IMG/VR virus record: IMGVR_UViG_3300049982_000338
DNA: 64,000 nt
Source of the DNA: an uncultured virus (IMG/VR IMGVR_UViG_3300049982_000338)
Lineage: Duplodnaviria > Heunggongvirae > Uroviricota > Caudoviricetes
Direction: 5' to 3' (one strand)
The notes under the pieces: generated by a model
The model's database searches: none
What the model was told of the DNA's origin: nothing
Seen by the model: only the letters and a program-made list of their open reading frames with translations
Program-made: the position numbers and the translations under genes
Part shown: one piece after another, positions 46,433 through 56,341 of the stretch
Layout: each line of letters begins with the position of its first letter
How positions within the stretch are numbered: position 1 is the first letter of the stretch

Positions 46433-46972
46433 CTACGCCGCCTGTCGGCGGGCCCGATGCCGCTCCCGCCGCCGCGCCTCACTGGCCCGCTTCCGCCGCG
46501 CCGCGTCCTCCCACAACGCCTCCGCGTGCGCCCGCTCCACCTCAGTCGACGACACCTCATCGACGTCGATGTCGTCGTAGGCCAACGGCGGCGCCCAGCC
46601 CTTCGCCTCCGCGCGGCGGCGGGTGATCGTGGACGGGCCCGGCGTCATGCACAGCGCCTCGAACAGCTCCGACACCCGGGCCGCCGTGTCCCGGTGCACC
46701 ACCCGCTGCAGCGTCATGTTCCCGATGGCTTCCCCGGTGACCCCGCCGAGCCGGCGGCCGAGCTCGGCGAACGACCAGCCGATCGCGGCCAACGCGCGCA
46801 CCCGTCGCCGCGACCCCTCCGCATCCACCATCAGGCTGCCGCCCGCCAGGTACAGCCGCTTCCGGTAGGCCCGCTGCGCGTCGATCACCGCCACCCGGCA
46901 CGGCTCACACGGCGGCGTCTTCGGCTCCCGATGGTGATCCCGGTAGCCCGTGGGTGTTCCACAGCGGTTCAC
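46433..46972 (-). CDS. zinc motif + HTH DNA-binding protein
   Basis: CGT..GY..H..CEPC; RRRVRALAAIGWSFAELGRRLG; GWAPPLAYDDID. Confidence 0.8.
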   Translation of the reverse strand: MNRCGTPTGYRDHHREPKTPPCEPCRVAVIDAQRAYRKRLYLAGGSLMVDAEGSRRRVRALAAIGWSFAELGRRLGGVTGEAIGNMTLQRVVHRDTAARVSELFEALCMTPGPSTITRRRAEAKGWAPPLAYDDIDVDEVSSTEVERAHAEALWEDAARRKRASEARRRERHRARRQAA

Positions 46973-47244
46973 GGTCGCCTCGCAGCCAGGGGCGCCGCCT
47001 GGACCGCCTGTAGTGCCTCGGCGGCGTTCAGCCGGGACCGCTCGGCGCAGTAGTGCAGGACGTGCCCGGGCACCCGGTCCTGCTCCTCCATGCCCTGCCG
47101 CTTCCGCCACGCCCACACCCCGGCAACAGCGGCCGGGTGCTCGGCCAGCTCGAACGACCGCCAGCGGCCGTCCCGGCAGATCGCCATGTAGATCGGGCCG
47201 GAGCAGTACCGGCACGGCGCCTCGTACGCCAACTGCCCGGTCAA
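46969..47244 (-). CDS. hypothetical zinc-binding protein
   Basis: CRYCSGPIY..HYC. Confidence 0.65.
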   Translation of the reverse strand: MTGQLAYEAPCRYCSGPIYMAICRDGRWRSFELAEHPAAVAGVWAWRKRQGMEEQDRVPGHVLHYCAERSRLNAAEALQAVQAAPLAARRP

Positions 47245-47284
47245 CGTCGGCCGCCAGCAGTGAGAGACGACGAGGAGGGGGTGC

Positions 47285-47410
47285 TGCTCGCGTGCGCGTT
47301 ACGTACCGAGAGATTCCTCCTCCACGTAACCACCCTCTTCGTTAGTCCCGTCCCGTCCCGTAGGAGTCGCGGCTGGGACTCCCAGCTGCGACTCCCACCT
47401 GGGAGACCGT
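47285..47410. other. putative replication origin (iteron-like repeats)
   Basis: minus strand TGGGAGTCGCAGC/TGGGAGTCCCAGC, (ACGGG)3 and GTAACGCGCACGCGAG immediately after the initiator gene. Confidence 0.5.
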
Positions 47411-47416
47411 GGGAGG

Positions 47417-47827
47417 TCATCGGACGGCCCGCAGCCCGGGCTCGGGCAGCTTCCAGCAGCCGCAGTGCTCGCCGTGGTGCCGCACGCAGTTGCCCTTACG
47501 GGAGGCGTCCCGCTTCGCCTTGCGGACCTTCTCGGTGACGTCGGAGGTCTGCTGGTACTCGGCGTAGTCGTGGATGTGCCAGCCACCGTCGGCGCCCGGA
47601 TCCCACAACCCGACGGCGACCAGGTTCGTGGCGTCGCCCTTCCGGCCGTTGATCCGGGCGAGCGCGGCACCCGGGATGAACCCGTCGGTGCCGTGCCGGC
47701 CGGCGTAGGCCAGGGCGCAGCAGAACACGAACGCGGACCGGTGCCCGTCGCGGCGGTCGAGCAGCTCGAGGATCTTCGGGTTGTCCGGCAGCGTCGTGTC
47801 GAACCGGATCCACGGCAGGCCGCTCAT
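47417..47827 (-). CDS. phage replication initiator N-terminal-type protein
   Basis: LPWIRFDTTLPDNPKI, TDGFIP, LVAVGLW..GWHIHDYAEYQ. Confidence 0.8.
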   Translation of the reverse strand: MSGLPWIRFDTTLPDNPKILELLDRRDGHRSAFVFCCALAYAGRHGTDGFIPGAALARINGRKGDATNLVAVGLWDPGADGGWHIHDYAEYQQTSDVTEKVRKAKRDASRKGNCVRHHGEHCGCWKLPEPGLRAVR

Positions 47828-47898
47828 CGGATGCCCACGGGTTGGGTGTTGTCGGGTCGGTGCGTTAGCATGATCGTGCCTTCCGGTAGAGGGTTCTG

Positions 47899-47941
47899 CC
47901 CCCCCGCAGCTCGGCTGGTAACCGAGAGCACTGCGGGGGGG
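47899..47941. terminator. stem-loop
   Basis: CCCCCCGCAG..CTGCGGGGGG inverted repeat. Confidence 0.5.
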
Positions 47942-47990
47942 CTCCTTCATGTTCGGGGGCCCCGGTGAGGGGCCCGGCCACTCTATGTGT

Positions 47991-48476
47991 TCAGGTGGTC
48001 GCGGGCTGCGTGGGGTTGGCTCGGCGTTCGGCGTCGGCCGCTGCAGCCTCCGCCGCCTCCACCTCCGCCTGTAGGGCGGCGAGGCGTTGCCGGGCGCGGT
48101 CGGCGTCGGCGCGGCGTTCGGCGACCTCCCGGAGCGCGAGGGCTTGGCGTTCGATCTCGGCGGCCCGGGCCTCGTCGTTGGCGCGGCGGGCGGCATCCCG
48201 CTCCGCCAAGGCGGCGAGCCGGGCGGCCACCACGCTGTCGCCGGGCCATCGGATTCTGCCCTTGACCCGCACCAGTCCCCACGGCCGGAGTGTCGAGGGG
48301 TACCAGTAGGGGACGTTGCGGGAGATGTACCCGTCGGCCAGCGGGAAGCCGTTGCGTTCGTGGTTGTACTTCCAGCGGGTGGCGGTGGCTTCCCCGACGC
48401 CGAACACGAACGACACTTCGCCGAGGCCGAGGGGGCGTTCCTCTCCTGGTGGTGTGGCGGGTGGGGTGCGGGGCAT
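47991..48476 (-). CDS. excisionase/MerR-like HTH + coiled coil
   Basis: LGLGEVSFVFGVGEATATRW..FPLADG..PYWY. Confidence 0.7.
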   Translation of the reverse strand: MPRTPPATPPGEERPLGLGEVSFVFGVGEATATRWKYNHERNGFPLADGYISRNVPYWYPSTLRPWGLVRVKGRIRWPGDSVVAARLAALAERDAARRANDEARAAEIERQALALREVAERRADADRARQRLAALQAEVEAAEAAAADAERRANPTQPATT

Positions 48477-48520
48477 GGGCGGGTCCTCCGTGGCTGGGTG
48501 CGGTGCGGCGACGGTAGTGG

Positions 48521-48982
48521 TCATGAGGGGTCGGGGTGGATGCCGAGAGCACCGGCGGCCCAGGCGCGGACGGCACTGATCAGCTCGTCGCGGCAGTCGA
48601 GCCACCGGCCTTCGATGTCGGCCGGGTAGTGGCGGGCGAGGACGTCGTGCACGACGTCGGTCAGCGGGTCACCGGAGGACAGCACCTCGGCGTCGATGAC
48701 GTCGTCGTCGGGGGTGAGGCAGGCCGGGTCGTCGTCGGTGTGGTCGCCGGTGCAGCCGAGCTGGGTGCAGTACCGGCCGACCGGGGCATCCGGCCACAGG
48801 ACGGCCAGAGGATCGGTGGCCTGCCAGCCGGGGCAGGAGCAGCTCCCGATCCCGACCAGGGCGCAGGACCCGTCGGGGCGGTGCGCGCCGCGGCTGTGGT
48901 CGCAGCAGGTGCCGTGCTCGGCGAACCGCTGGTAGGCGGCGGCGATCTCGTCGTCGGTGCGGGGTGGGATGGGGTCGGTCAT
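48521..48982 (-). CDS. Cys/His-rich hypothetical protein
   Basis: GAGGAG RBS; CCDH..H..C..CSC. Confidence 0.65.
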   Translation of the reverse strand: MTDPIPPRTDDEIAAAYQRFAEHGTCCDHSRGAHRPDGSCALVGIGSCSCPGWQATDPLAVLWPDAPVGRYCTQLGCTGDHTDDDPACLTPDDDVIDAEVLSSGDPLTDVVHDVLARHYPADIEGRWLDCRDELISAVRAWAAGALGIHPDPS

Positions 48983-49192
48983 CGGGCTCCTCAGCCGGTC
49001 AGGTCATGCGTGCAGGTTGACGGTACTAGCACACGCCACCAATCGTACAGGTCGGGTGATCGGTGGTGGTGTGGGCGGGGAGCAGTTACCGTAGGAGACG
49101 TCCTCCTCAGGACACCGTCTCCTCCACGAGACAACACGACGCCCCCGATCCGGGACCGGCCAGTGAGCCGGCGATCGGGGGCGTCGTCGCGT

Positions 49193-49495
49193 TCAGTGGG
49201 CGGCGTGCTCCCCCGGCTCGTCGTCACCGTCGAGGCAGTCGAGGAGGTGCCCGCGGTTCCGCTTGATCCATGCCGCGGCGCCGCCGGCGAGGACGACGAG
49301 CGCCTCCCCCACCTCCGGGGGCAGGTCGAGCCCGTACTGGCGGGCCAGCCACAGCACCCCGATGGTCAGCGTCCCGGTCGAGACTCCGGCCAGCAGCTTC
49401 GGGGTGGGCATCGGTGTGGGCTGGTCGGTCAGCCCGTTGCCGACGAGTACCCCGGGCACCTCGACCGGCTCGGGTCCGAAGCTCTGCTCGGTCAT
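49193..49495 (-). CDS. holin-like protein (2 TM)
   Basis: TPKLLAG..LWLARQYGLDLPPEVGEALVVLAGGAAAWIK; downstream of the endolysin. Confidence 0.7.
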   Translation of the reverse strand: MTEQSFGPEPVEVPGVLVGNGLTDQPTPMPTPKLLAGVSTGTLTIGVLWLARQYGLDLPPEVGEALVVLAGGAAAWIKRNRGHLLDCLDGDDEPGEHAAH

Positions 49496-49632
49496 TGGGT
49501 CCACCCGAACACGCCCCACGCCGCCCCGAACAGGGCGGCGACCGCGGCCGCACCGAGGGCGACCCCGGCGGTGGTCCAGCGCATCCCACCGTCGGCGGGG
49601 GTCAGCAGGTAGTCCAGCGGCCAGCGGTTCAT
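49492..49632 (-). CDS. small membrane protein in the lysis cassette (46 aa)
   Basis: ATGA-coupled on both sides; one TM segment. Confidence 0.6.
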   Translation of the reverse strand: MNRWPLDYLLTPADGGMRWTTAGVALGAAAVAALFGAAWGVFGWTQ

Positions 49633-50585
49633 GCGATGTTCCTCTGCAGTGCCGCGTAGTCATCGGCGTACACCCGGTCTGTGTACTGCTGCCCGGGCCG
49701 GTAGCGGGCGAACCAGTTGCGGCAGGCCACGTCGGTGGCGGTCTCCCACAGCCCGTCGGCCCAGCCGGACCGGTAGTCGGACACCCCGGGCACGCAGCCG
49801 AGGACGATGAACGCCCGCTGGATGCCCTTGATGTTGTCCCGCTCGCCAATGTAGAAGCCCCCGTGCTGGGTCGCCCCTCCGGCCTTGTTCCCGAACCAGT
49901 GCCCGGCGGGGAGGTCCCAGGCGGGGAGGTCCGGCACCCACGCATGCGCCGGCGACGGGACCGGGGCGGGGGTGGGGGTGACGGTGGGGGTGACTGCGGG
50001 TGGGGTCCACACGTCGCCGGTGCCGTACGTCAGCGGCTGCCCCGACGCGGCCAGATCGACGATGGTGGCGACCTGGGCGGCCTTCGCGTCGCCGGGGCAC
50101 AGCTTCCCGTTCACCGACGACCACACCTCACCGCCCGGCACCCGCCACGGGCTGATCCCGTACCGGTGCACCCCCAGCCCCCGCGAGCTCGGCAGGGAGT
50201 TCCGCATGTCCTGGTAGGGGGTGCCCTCGGTCTGGTGGAGGTGCCGCAGCACCATCGCCCCGGACACGATCTGGTCGTGGGTCCAGGGTTCGGCGTTGAC
50301 CTGCGCGGCGGTGCCCATGCCGCCCTCGGACTCCCACGCCGGGCACGTCGGATTCCCCCCGGCGCTCGACCAGCACTGCACGTCCAGGTCGATGTACTGC
50401 CGGGCGGGCCCGATCTTCGGGAAGTAGAAATGCCAGTCCGACGGCCGCGACGCGAGGGGCCCGGGGATCAGGTTCTTGGAGTTGGACACGGCGACGTGCC
50501 CGATCGCGCCCCGCCCCTTGCGGCGGGCCGCGCGGGTGCCGACGTCGATGGGGGTCCAGAGGAAGCCGGGAACGAGGTTGGCCAC
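49629..50585 (-). CDS. endolysin (amidase-2-like + peptidoglycan-binding domain)
   Basis: GHVAV, WHFY..QYID, ESEG, GVHR, KLCPG; C-terminal ADGLWETAT binding motif. Confidence 0.88.
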   Translation of the reverse strand: MANLVPGFLWTPIDVGTRAARRKGRGAIGHVAVSNSKNLIPGPLASRPSDWHFYFPKIGPARQYIDLDVQCWSSAGGNPTCPAWESEGGMGTAAQVNAEPWTHDQIVSGAMVLRHLHQTEGTPYQDMRNSLPSSRGLGVHRYGISPWRVPGGEVWSSVNGKLCPGDAKAAQVATIVDLAASGQPLTYGTGDVWTPPAVTPTVTPTPAPVPSPAHAWVPDLPAWDLPAGHWFGNKAGGATQHGGFYIGERDNIKGIQRAFIVLGCVPGVSDYRSGWADGLWETATDVACRNWFARYRPGQQYTDRVYADDYAALQRNIA

Positions 50586-50764
50586 GGGGGCTCCGGGTGC
50601 TCGAGGGGAGCGCCCGGCCCGAAGCCAGCGGCACGGTCAGCGTACGGCCGGAGAGTGGGTGGTGCCCGGCAGCGCGCCCGGCCGGGCGGCGGGCTCACGA
50701 GCACCGCACCCCTGTTCCATGAGCGCGCGGGGGGCGGTGCACTGCGCGACCCGGACCCTACCGG

Positions 50765-53623
50765 TCAGCCGGCGGCCACGAACGACACCTGCCCGGAGAA
50801 CGGGCCGGCCACGTTGTTGGCCGCGGCGACCGTGACGACACCGGCCGCGGTGACCTGCGCGAGCGCGATGAACGGGCTCCCCAGGTTCATCGCAATGCCC
50901 GCGCCCTGGACCTGCGCTGCCGGCCGGTAGCCGACCGGCAGGGTGAACGCGGTGACGCTCTGCGTGGTGGCGCCGGTGGAGGTGAGCTGCACGGCCACGG
51001 TGACCACTCCCGAGGCTTCCTTCCAGTAGCCGTTGACGCCCGCGACCGAGAATCCGGTCGGGGCCGCCACGGGCACGTAGGCGGCGGCAGACGCGGGCGC
51101 TTGCGCGGACGACAGCTTGCCGGTGCCGTCGAGGGTGGCGACCCCGTTGACGGCGCCCTTCTCGCTGGCGGCGATCGCCGGCACCCCACCGGGGGCGGTA
51201 CCGACGGAGGTCACGCACAGGGTGCGGACCATCACGACACCGTCGCCGCCCTTGCCGCCGGTGCCACCGGCGATGCCGGTGGTGGAGGGCACGCCGCCGC
51301 CGCCGCCGCCGCCGCCGTACACACCGGCGCCGCCGGCGGAGGCCGCGGTGGTAGCGCCGTTCAGCCCGCCACCACCGCCACCACCGAAGACGACCCCGGC
51401 CGGGGGCGTGGCGGCGTTGGCACCGGCCGCGGCCAGCGTCAGCCCGGCGCCCTCGGGGACACCACCGACGGTGGCCGCGTTCGCTGCGCTGCTGACCAGG
51501 GTGTAGCCCCGGCCCCCACCACCGGGCCCAATGCCGGCGCCGGGGTTCCCGGCGGGGGGAGCAGCGCCCACACCGCCCGGGATCTGCCCGGTCGCCACGA
51601 ACCCCTGCGCGTTGCCGGGGCCGGCACCACCACCACCGAGGGCCCGGAACGACCCGAACGTGGTGGTGCCACCCGGGTTGCCGGCGGTGTTGGTCGTCCC
51701 GCCCGTTCCGCTGGGACCGACCCCGCCGGCGCCGCCGGTGCCCACGGTCCCGGTCACGGTCGCCGGCAGTTGGGCGCCGTCGAGGGTGAACGTGTTGGCG
51801 GAGCCACCGGTACCACCACCGCCACCGTTGCTGGTCGTGGAGTTCGCGGTGCCACCACCGCCGCCACCTCCGGCGCCGACCAGCGTCACCTCCGCGTACA
51901 CCGCCCCGGCCGGCCGGGTCCAGGTGAACCCTCCGGCCGTGGTGTAGGTCTGCACGTCCCAGCTGGTGACCGGCACGGGGGCGGCCGGGACCTGCGTGGG
52001 ATCGGCGGCCGTCACCACGCACTCGGTGACGACCAGGACGACCCCGTCACCACCGCGTCCCCCCGCGCCACCGGCGGCGTTCCAGCTGGCGCCGCCGCCG
52101 CCACCGCCGGCGGCCACGCCACCGGCCCCGCCGACGCCGCCGGCCCCGGTGCCGCCGTAGAAGGAAGGCCCGCCACCGCCACCACCGGAACCGACGAGCA
52201 GGCCCGGGGACGGCGGTGGGGTCCCCGCGGTGCCCGCTCCACCCGTAGCGCCGCTGGTCGCAGCCGCCGCCCCGCCGGCCGGGGCGACGGTCCGGCCCGG
52301 CCCGTATCCACCGGCCGCACCGGGCAATCCGACCGTCTGGACGTTGCCGAAGATCGTTCCCCCGGCGCCACCACCTGCGGTCCAGGTGGCCTCACCGGGA
52401 CCTGGGAGGGAGGCGTAGCCGGTGCCCGCGGCGTTGACCGCGGCCGCCTTCCCGCCCAGCCCGCCACTGCCCGGCACGGAGGTACTGCTGCCACCGATTC
52501 CGCCGGTGGCGATGGCGAGGGTCGGACCGAACCACGACGACCCGCCGACCACGCCGGCGACAGGGACGGTGCCGGCGACGGTGCTACCCACGCTGCCGTT
52601 CCCACCGAGCCCCACACCGCCGGAAACGGTGGCCGGCAGATCGGTGGCGGCCACGTCCAGGCGGGTGTAGCTGCCGCCGGTGCCCCCGGCCCCGCCGGGC
52701 CACATGGTCCCGCTGTTGGCCCAGGACCCGCCCTGCCCACCGCCGCCGGCACCGTAGACGTGGGCGACGGTGCGGACCGCCCCGACAGGCTTCGTCCAGG
52801 TGAACGCCCCGGGAGTGGTGTACAGCTGCACGTCGTACTGCACGACGCTGCCGCCCCCACCGCCGCCGCCGGTGGTGGCGAGGGTGACGGTCTGCCCGTC
52901 CCCGGACACGGTGCGGGTCATCCCCGTCCCGGCGGTGATCGCGGCGATGGCCGCCGCCCGGGCCGCCGCATCCGTGTACGGGGCCGGGCGGCCGGACAGG
53001 TCGCCGTAGTCCCCGGTCGTGGCGACCGCGGCCAGGACGGGCCGACCGGTCAGGTCGCCGTAGGCGCCGGAGGTGGCGACCGGGGCGAGGCCGGGGAGCT
53101 CGGCGGCGGCCGGCACGTCGGACAGGTCCAGGTAGGAGCCGGAGGTGGCCACCGGCGCCAGCCCGGTCACCGATGCGGCGGCCACGCTGGTGCCGGCGAA
53201 CAGGGCCCGCAGCAGCGCCCCGAACGCCGTGTCCGGGGTACCCGCGAGCACCGTGACGGCCGGGTCCAGCTCCGTCCGGTGCAGCACCCCCCCGGAGGGG
53301 GTGGGCAGGGCGGCGGTGGGGTCGGGGACCTCCTCGAGCCAGCCGGCGGCGATCCCCGCGAGCACGGCCGGGTCGTCGCCGTACACCCGGAACACCTGCC
53401 CCGCGGAGGCGCCCAGGGCGGCGATCCACGCCCGCACGTAGATCGTGCCGGCGGGCTCGACCACCGGCGGCACGTACGGCGGCACGGCGGGGGCGGCGGT
53501 GCGGGTCCAGTAGCGGGCGGCGATCATCTGCGCGGCCAGCGGGTCGGCGTCGTCGACCTGGAACACCGACCCGCGTTCGGCGGTCGTAGTGGTGGTGGTG
53601 GCGCGGACCCACACGACCGTCAC
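50765..53623 (-). CDS. glycine-rich tail fibre / receptor-binding protein
   Basis: LAPVATSGxYxDL x3; two YTTxGxFTWTxPxGA..GAGGGG domains; KGAVNGVATLD; FTLPVGYRP tip. Confidence 0.85.
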   Translation of the reverse strand: MTVVWVRATTTTTTAERGSVFQVDDADPLAAQMIAARYWTRTAAPAVPPYVPPVVEPAGTIYVRAWIAALGASAGQVFRVYGDDPAVLAGIAAGWLEEVPDPTAALPTPSGGVLHRTELDPAVTVLAGTPDTAFGALLRALFAGTSVAAASVTGLAPVATSGSYLDLSDVPAAAELPGLAPVATSGAYGDLTGRPVLAAVATTGDYGDLSGRPAPYTDAAARAAAIAAITAGTGMTRTVSGDGQTVTLATTGGGGGGGSVVQYDVQLYTTPGAFTWTKPVGAVRTVAHVYGAGGGGQGGSWANSGTMWPGGAGGTGGSYTRLDVAATDLPATVSGGVGLGGNGSVGSTVAGTVPVAGVVGGSSWFGPTLAIATGGIGGSSTSVPGSGGLGGKAAAVNAAGTGYASLPGPGEATWTAGGGAGGTIFGNVQTVGLPGAAGGYGPGRTVAPAGGAAAATSGATGGAGTAGTPPPSPGLLVGSGGGGGGPSFYGGTGAGGVGGAGGVAAGGGGGGASWNAAGGAGGRGGDGVVLVVTECVVTAADPTQVPAAPVPVTSWDVQTYTTAGGFTWTRPAGAVYAEVTLVGAGGGGGGGTANSTTSNGGGGGTGGSANTFTLDGAQLPATVTGTVGTGGAGGVGPSGTGGTTNTAGNPGGTTTFGSFRALGGGGAGPGNAQGFVATGQIPGGVGAAPPAGNPGAGIGPGGGGRGYTLVSSAANAATVGGVPEGAGLTLAAAGANAATPPAGVVFGGGGGGGLNGATTAASAGGAGVYGGGGGGGGVPSTTGIAGGTGGKGGDGVVMVRTLCVTSVGTAPGGVPAIAASEKGAVNGVATLDGTGKLSSAQAPASAAAYVPVAAPTGFSVAGVNGYWKEASGVVTVAVQLTSTGATTQSVTAFTLPVGYRPAAQVQGAGIAMNLGSPFIALAQVTAAGVVTVAAANNVAGPFSGQVSFVAAG

Positions 53624-53696
53624 AGCAGCTCCCAGGCACAGGGGGGTGCACGGCCCGGAGCCAGCTGCACCGGTCAGGCTACCGGCCGGGCGCGGT

Positions 53697-55103
53697 CTAC
53701 TTGGTTTCCATCGAGCGGAGCCGGTCCAGGATCTTCGCCAGCTGCGCGGTCAACGTCACCGCCGGCGGCAGCCGCGGCGCATCCGGCTGCGTCACACCCA
53801 GGGTGACCGTGGTGGGGGTGTCGCCCTGCCCCACCGCCACCTGCTTCGACAGCAGCCGCACCTTCGCCGTGGTCGCCTTCGGCCACTCCTCGTAGGCCGG
53901 GTGGGTGATCTGCACCTCCAGCTCATCCCCCACCTGGTAGGAGCCGAGGGGGAACTTCCCGGCGGCGGACACCTGCAACCCGTCCAGCTTCCGGCCCGCC
54001 GCGCGGGAGGTGAGCAGGGTGCCGGTCACCGCCTCGGACAGCGCCGTCCGCCACCGGGCGGCGTGAATGTCGGCCCAGCTGTCCATCGGCACGTTGTAGA
54101 CGTCGGGCACCGTGCCGTCCACGGCCAGGTCCCGCAGCTCCTTGCTCATCGACGCCGTCACCGGGATCCGCCGGTCGGCGGCGTCCAGGTCCGGATAGCC
54201 CTCCCCGTGCATCAGCACCGGGAACCCGGCGGCGATCTCATCAGACCCAATGTCGTCCACGGTGGTCACCTGGAACGCCCGCACCTCCGGCTCGGCGGGC
54301 TGCACCACCACCGGTTCCGCCCCGGCCACCGGGGTTCCGGCCGCGTCGGTGGGCTGCACCTTCACCTCGGCGATGGCCGGCTTCACCGACGACCCCACGT
54401 AGGTGTTGTCCATCACCGACCCGTCCTCCTCATCGGACCAGGACAGCAGGCTGCCGGGGTAGGTGAAGGACAGGCCCGACGCGGCGGCGGTCCGGCCCAG
54501 CCGGGGCTCCCCGATCTGCAGGGTGCGGCGCATCGTGCCGTCGGTGTCCCGGTAGCACAGCACGTGGAACTCGATGGGGGTCTGCGTCTCCGTGAACGAG
54601 GAGATCAACTGGGTGACGTTCTTCAGGTCCGCGGCCAGCCACTCCCGGTTGCGGAGCGCCCCGCCGCCGGTCACGTTCTGCACCGTCAGACCAATGTCGG
54701 CGCCGAACAGGGTCTGCACGTCGGCCACGATCGCGGCGATCATCGTGGCCGCGGTGGCGTTGGTGAACACCCGATCGGCGCGCAGCAGCTGGTGCGCCAG
54801 ATACGACTCGAACGAGGCGGCGACCAGCTGGATGCCGGGAAACCCGTGGGCCCGCTTCCGCCCCCACACGATCCCGCCCCACTCCACATGATCGCCGTAC
54901 TCCACGTACACGGCGGTACGCCGGGGAGCGGTCGCCGCCCACGGATCCCGGTCCCGCACCTCCTTATCGGTGAGGACCAGGCCCCCGGCCAGCGACCCCA
55001 CCCCGGCCAGCACGTCCTCATACGAGACGCCGATCAACGGGAGGGTCGCCAGCTCGGTGTTCGTGCGCAGGTCGTGGAACACGTACCGCCAACCGTCGGC
55101 CAC
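53697..55103 (-). CDS. minor tail (hub/Gp37-like) protein
   Basis: WRYVFHDLRT..WGGIVW..YQVGD..RLRSMET; position after Dit. Confidence 0.8.
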   Translation of the reverse strand: MADGWRYVFHDLRTNTELATLPLIGVSYEDVLAGVGSLAGGLVLTDKEVRDRDPWAATAPRRTAVYVEYGDHVEWGGIVWGRKRAHGFPGIQLVAASFESYLAHQLLRADRVFTNATAATMIAAIVADVQTLFGADIGLTVQNVTGGGALRNREWLAADLKNVTQLISSFTETQTPIEFHVLCYRDTDGTMRRTLQIGEPRLGRTAAASGLSFTYPGSLLSWSDEEDGSVMDNTYVGSSVKPAIAEVKVQPTDAAGTPVAGAEPVVVQPAEPEVRAFQVTTVDDIGSDEIAAGFPVLMHGEGYPDLDAADRRIPVTASMSKELRDLAVDGTVPDVYNVPMDSWADIHAARWRTALSEAVTGTLLTSRAAGRKLDGLQVSAAGKFPLGSYQVGDELEVQITHPAYEEWPKATTAKVRLLSKQVAVGQGDTPTTVTLGVTQPDAPRLPPAVTLTAQLAKILDRLRSMETK

Positions 55104-55104
55104 G

Positions 55105-56316
55105 TCAGGCCAGGAACTGCTGGTAGGCGATCGGGGAGTCCCAGCGGACAGCGGCATCCCAGGTGGCGGTCATCCCACCGACGGCGGCACCCACCTGCAC
55201 GTAGAACCGGAGGATGGTCGGCCCCTGGTACGGGCCCCGCCCGAACGGCAGCAGCAGCCCGCTGCTCGTCTCATACGGCGGGAAGGTGTCGGTGTCCCCG
55301 GTCGTGGCGTTCGACGCGTAGAAGTCGTTGACGGTGTTGCTGGGGGACAACTGGCTGCCGTTGCTGGAGTTGTCGGCCTGCCATCCGTCGGTGGGGCTGA
55401 CCCAGTCGAACGAGCCGTCCGCCTTGTACAGGCGGGCCAGCAGCCGGATCGGCAGGTACTGGGCGGCACCGCCCTGCACCTGGGACTGGGCGGAGTGCCC
55501 GGCGAACCGGAACGCCAGCTTCAGCATGTACGGCAGGCCAATGTCCTCGATCGGCACGTCCGGGCCGACCTGCTGCATCTGTCCGGCGGGCAACGCCCCG
55601 AGGCGGAGGATCGCCCCCGCGTTGGGTGCGGGCACGGTCTGGTGCCAGCGGCCGTACCCGCCGCCGGCGGCCCGCCACTGCGCCGGGGCGCGGGAGGTGT
55701 CCCACCGCTGCAGGCCCAGCGTGGGATGGTCCCGGTAGGCCCCGTGGTAGGCACCCGGCGCGGTGTCGGTGGTCTGCACCGGCCGGATCCCCCCGACCGC
55801 GACGGTCACCGGCGGCACCACCGTGCCGACCGCCACCGGCCCGGCGGAGCCGTAGACGACGGTCTGCAGCAGCAACGCCCCGGCCGGCACCGCCGGGGCC
55901 ACCACCGACCCCTGGGTGGCGGCGTTGGCGCCCATCACCAGGAACACGTCCAGGTCGTTGCTGCTGCCACCGTCGTACAGCTCGTCCCGCACCCGCGCGC
56001 ACACGATCCCGGCCGCGTAGGTGGAGGGGCCGGGCAGGGTGGTGGGGGTGAGCAGCTTCTCCGCCCGCAGCGCCGCGATGTAGGCGCCCTGCCCACCGCC
56101 GCCAGAGGCGATCACGACGGCGAACGGCTGCACCCGCAGGTAGATCCCGGACGCGGTCACCGTGCCCCGGGCGGGGCCGGGGAGCAGCCCGGAGATCGGG
56201 CGCAGCACATCGGTCGGGGACTGGGTGAGCAGCGCCCCCAGCTCCACCCGGGCGTCCTCGGCGGGCAGCAGCACCGGGGAGTCCTCGGCGCCCTGCATGA
56301 ACAACGGAACGGTCAT
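55105..56316 (-). CDS. minor tail protein
   Basis: ARVRDELYD..PAVPAGALLL..TVAVGGIRP; position in the tail module. Confidence 0.75.
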   Translation of the reverse strand: MTVPLFMQGAEDSPVLLPAEDARVELGALLTQSPTDVLRPISGLLPGPARGTVTASGIYLRVQPFAVVIASGGGGQGAYIAALRAEKLLTPTTLPGPSTYAAGIVCARVRDELYDGGSSNDLDVFLVMGANAATQGSVVAPAVPAGALLLQTVVYGSAGPVAVGTVVPPVTVAVGGIRPVQTTDTAPGAYHGAYRDHPTLGLQRWDTSRAPAQWRAAGGGYGRWHQTVPAPNAGAILRLGALPAGQMQQVGPDVPIEDIGLPYMLKLAFRFAGHSAQSQVQGGAAQYLPIRLLARLYKADGSFDWVSPTDGWQADNSSNGSQLSPSNTVNDFYASNATTGDTDTFPPYETSSGLLLPFGRGPYQGPTILRFYVQVGAAVGGMTATWDAAVRWDSPIAYQQFLA

Positions 56317-56341
56317 CGTCGGTTCCTTCTCTCGGGTCGGG

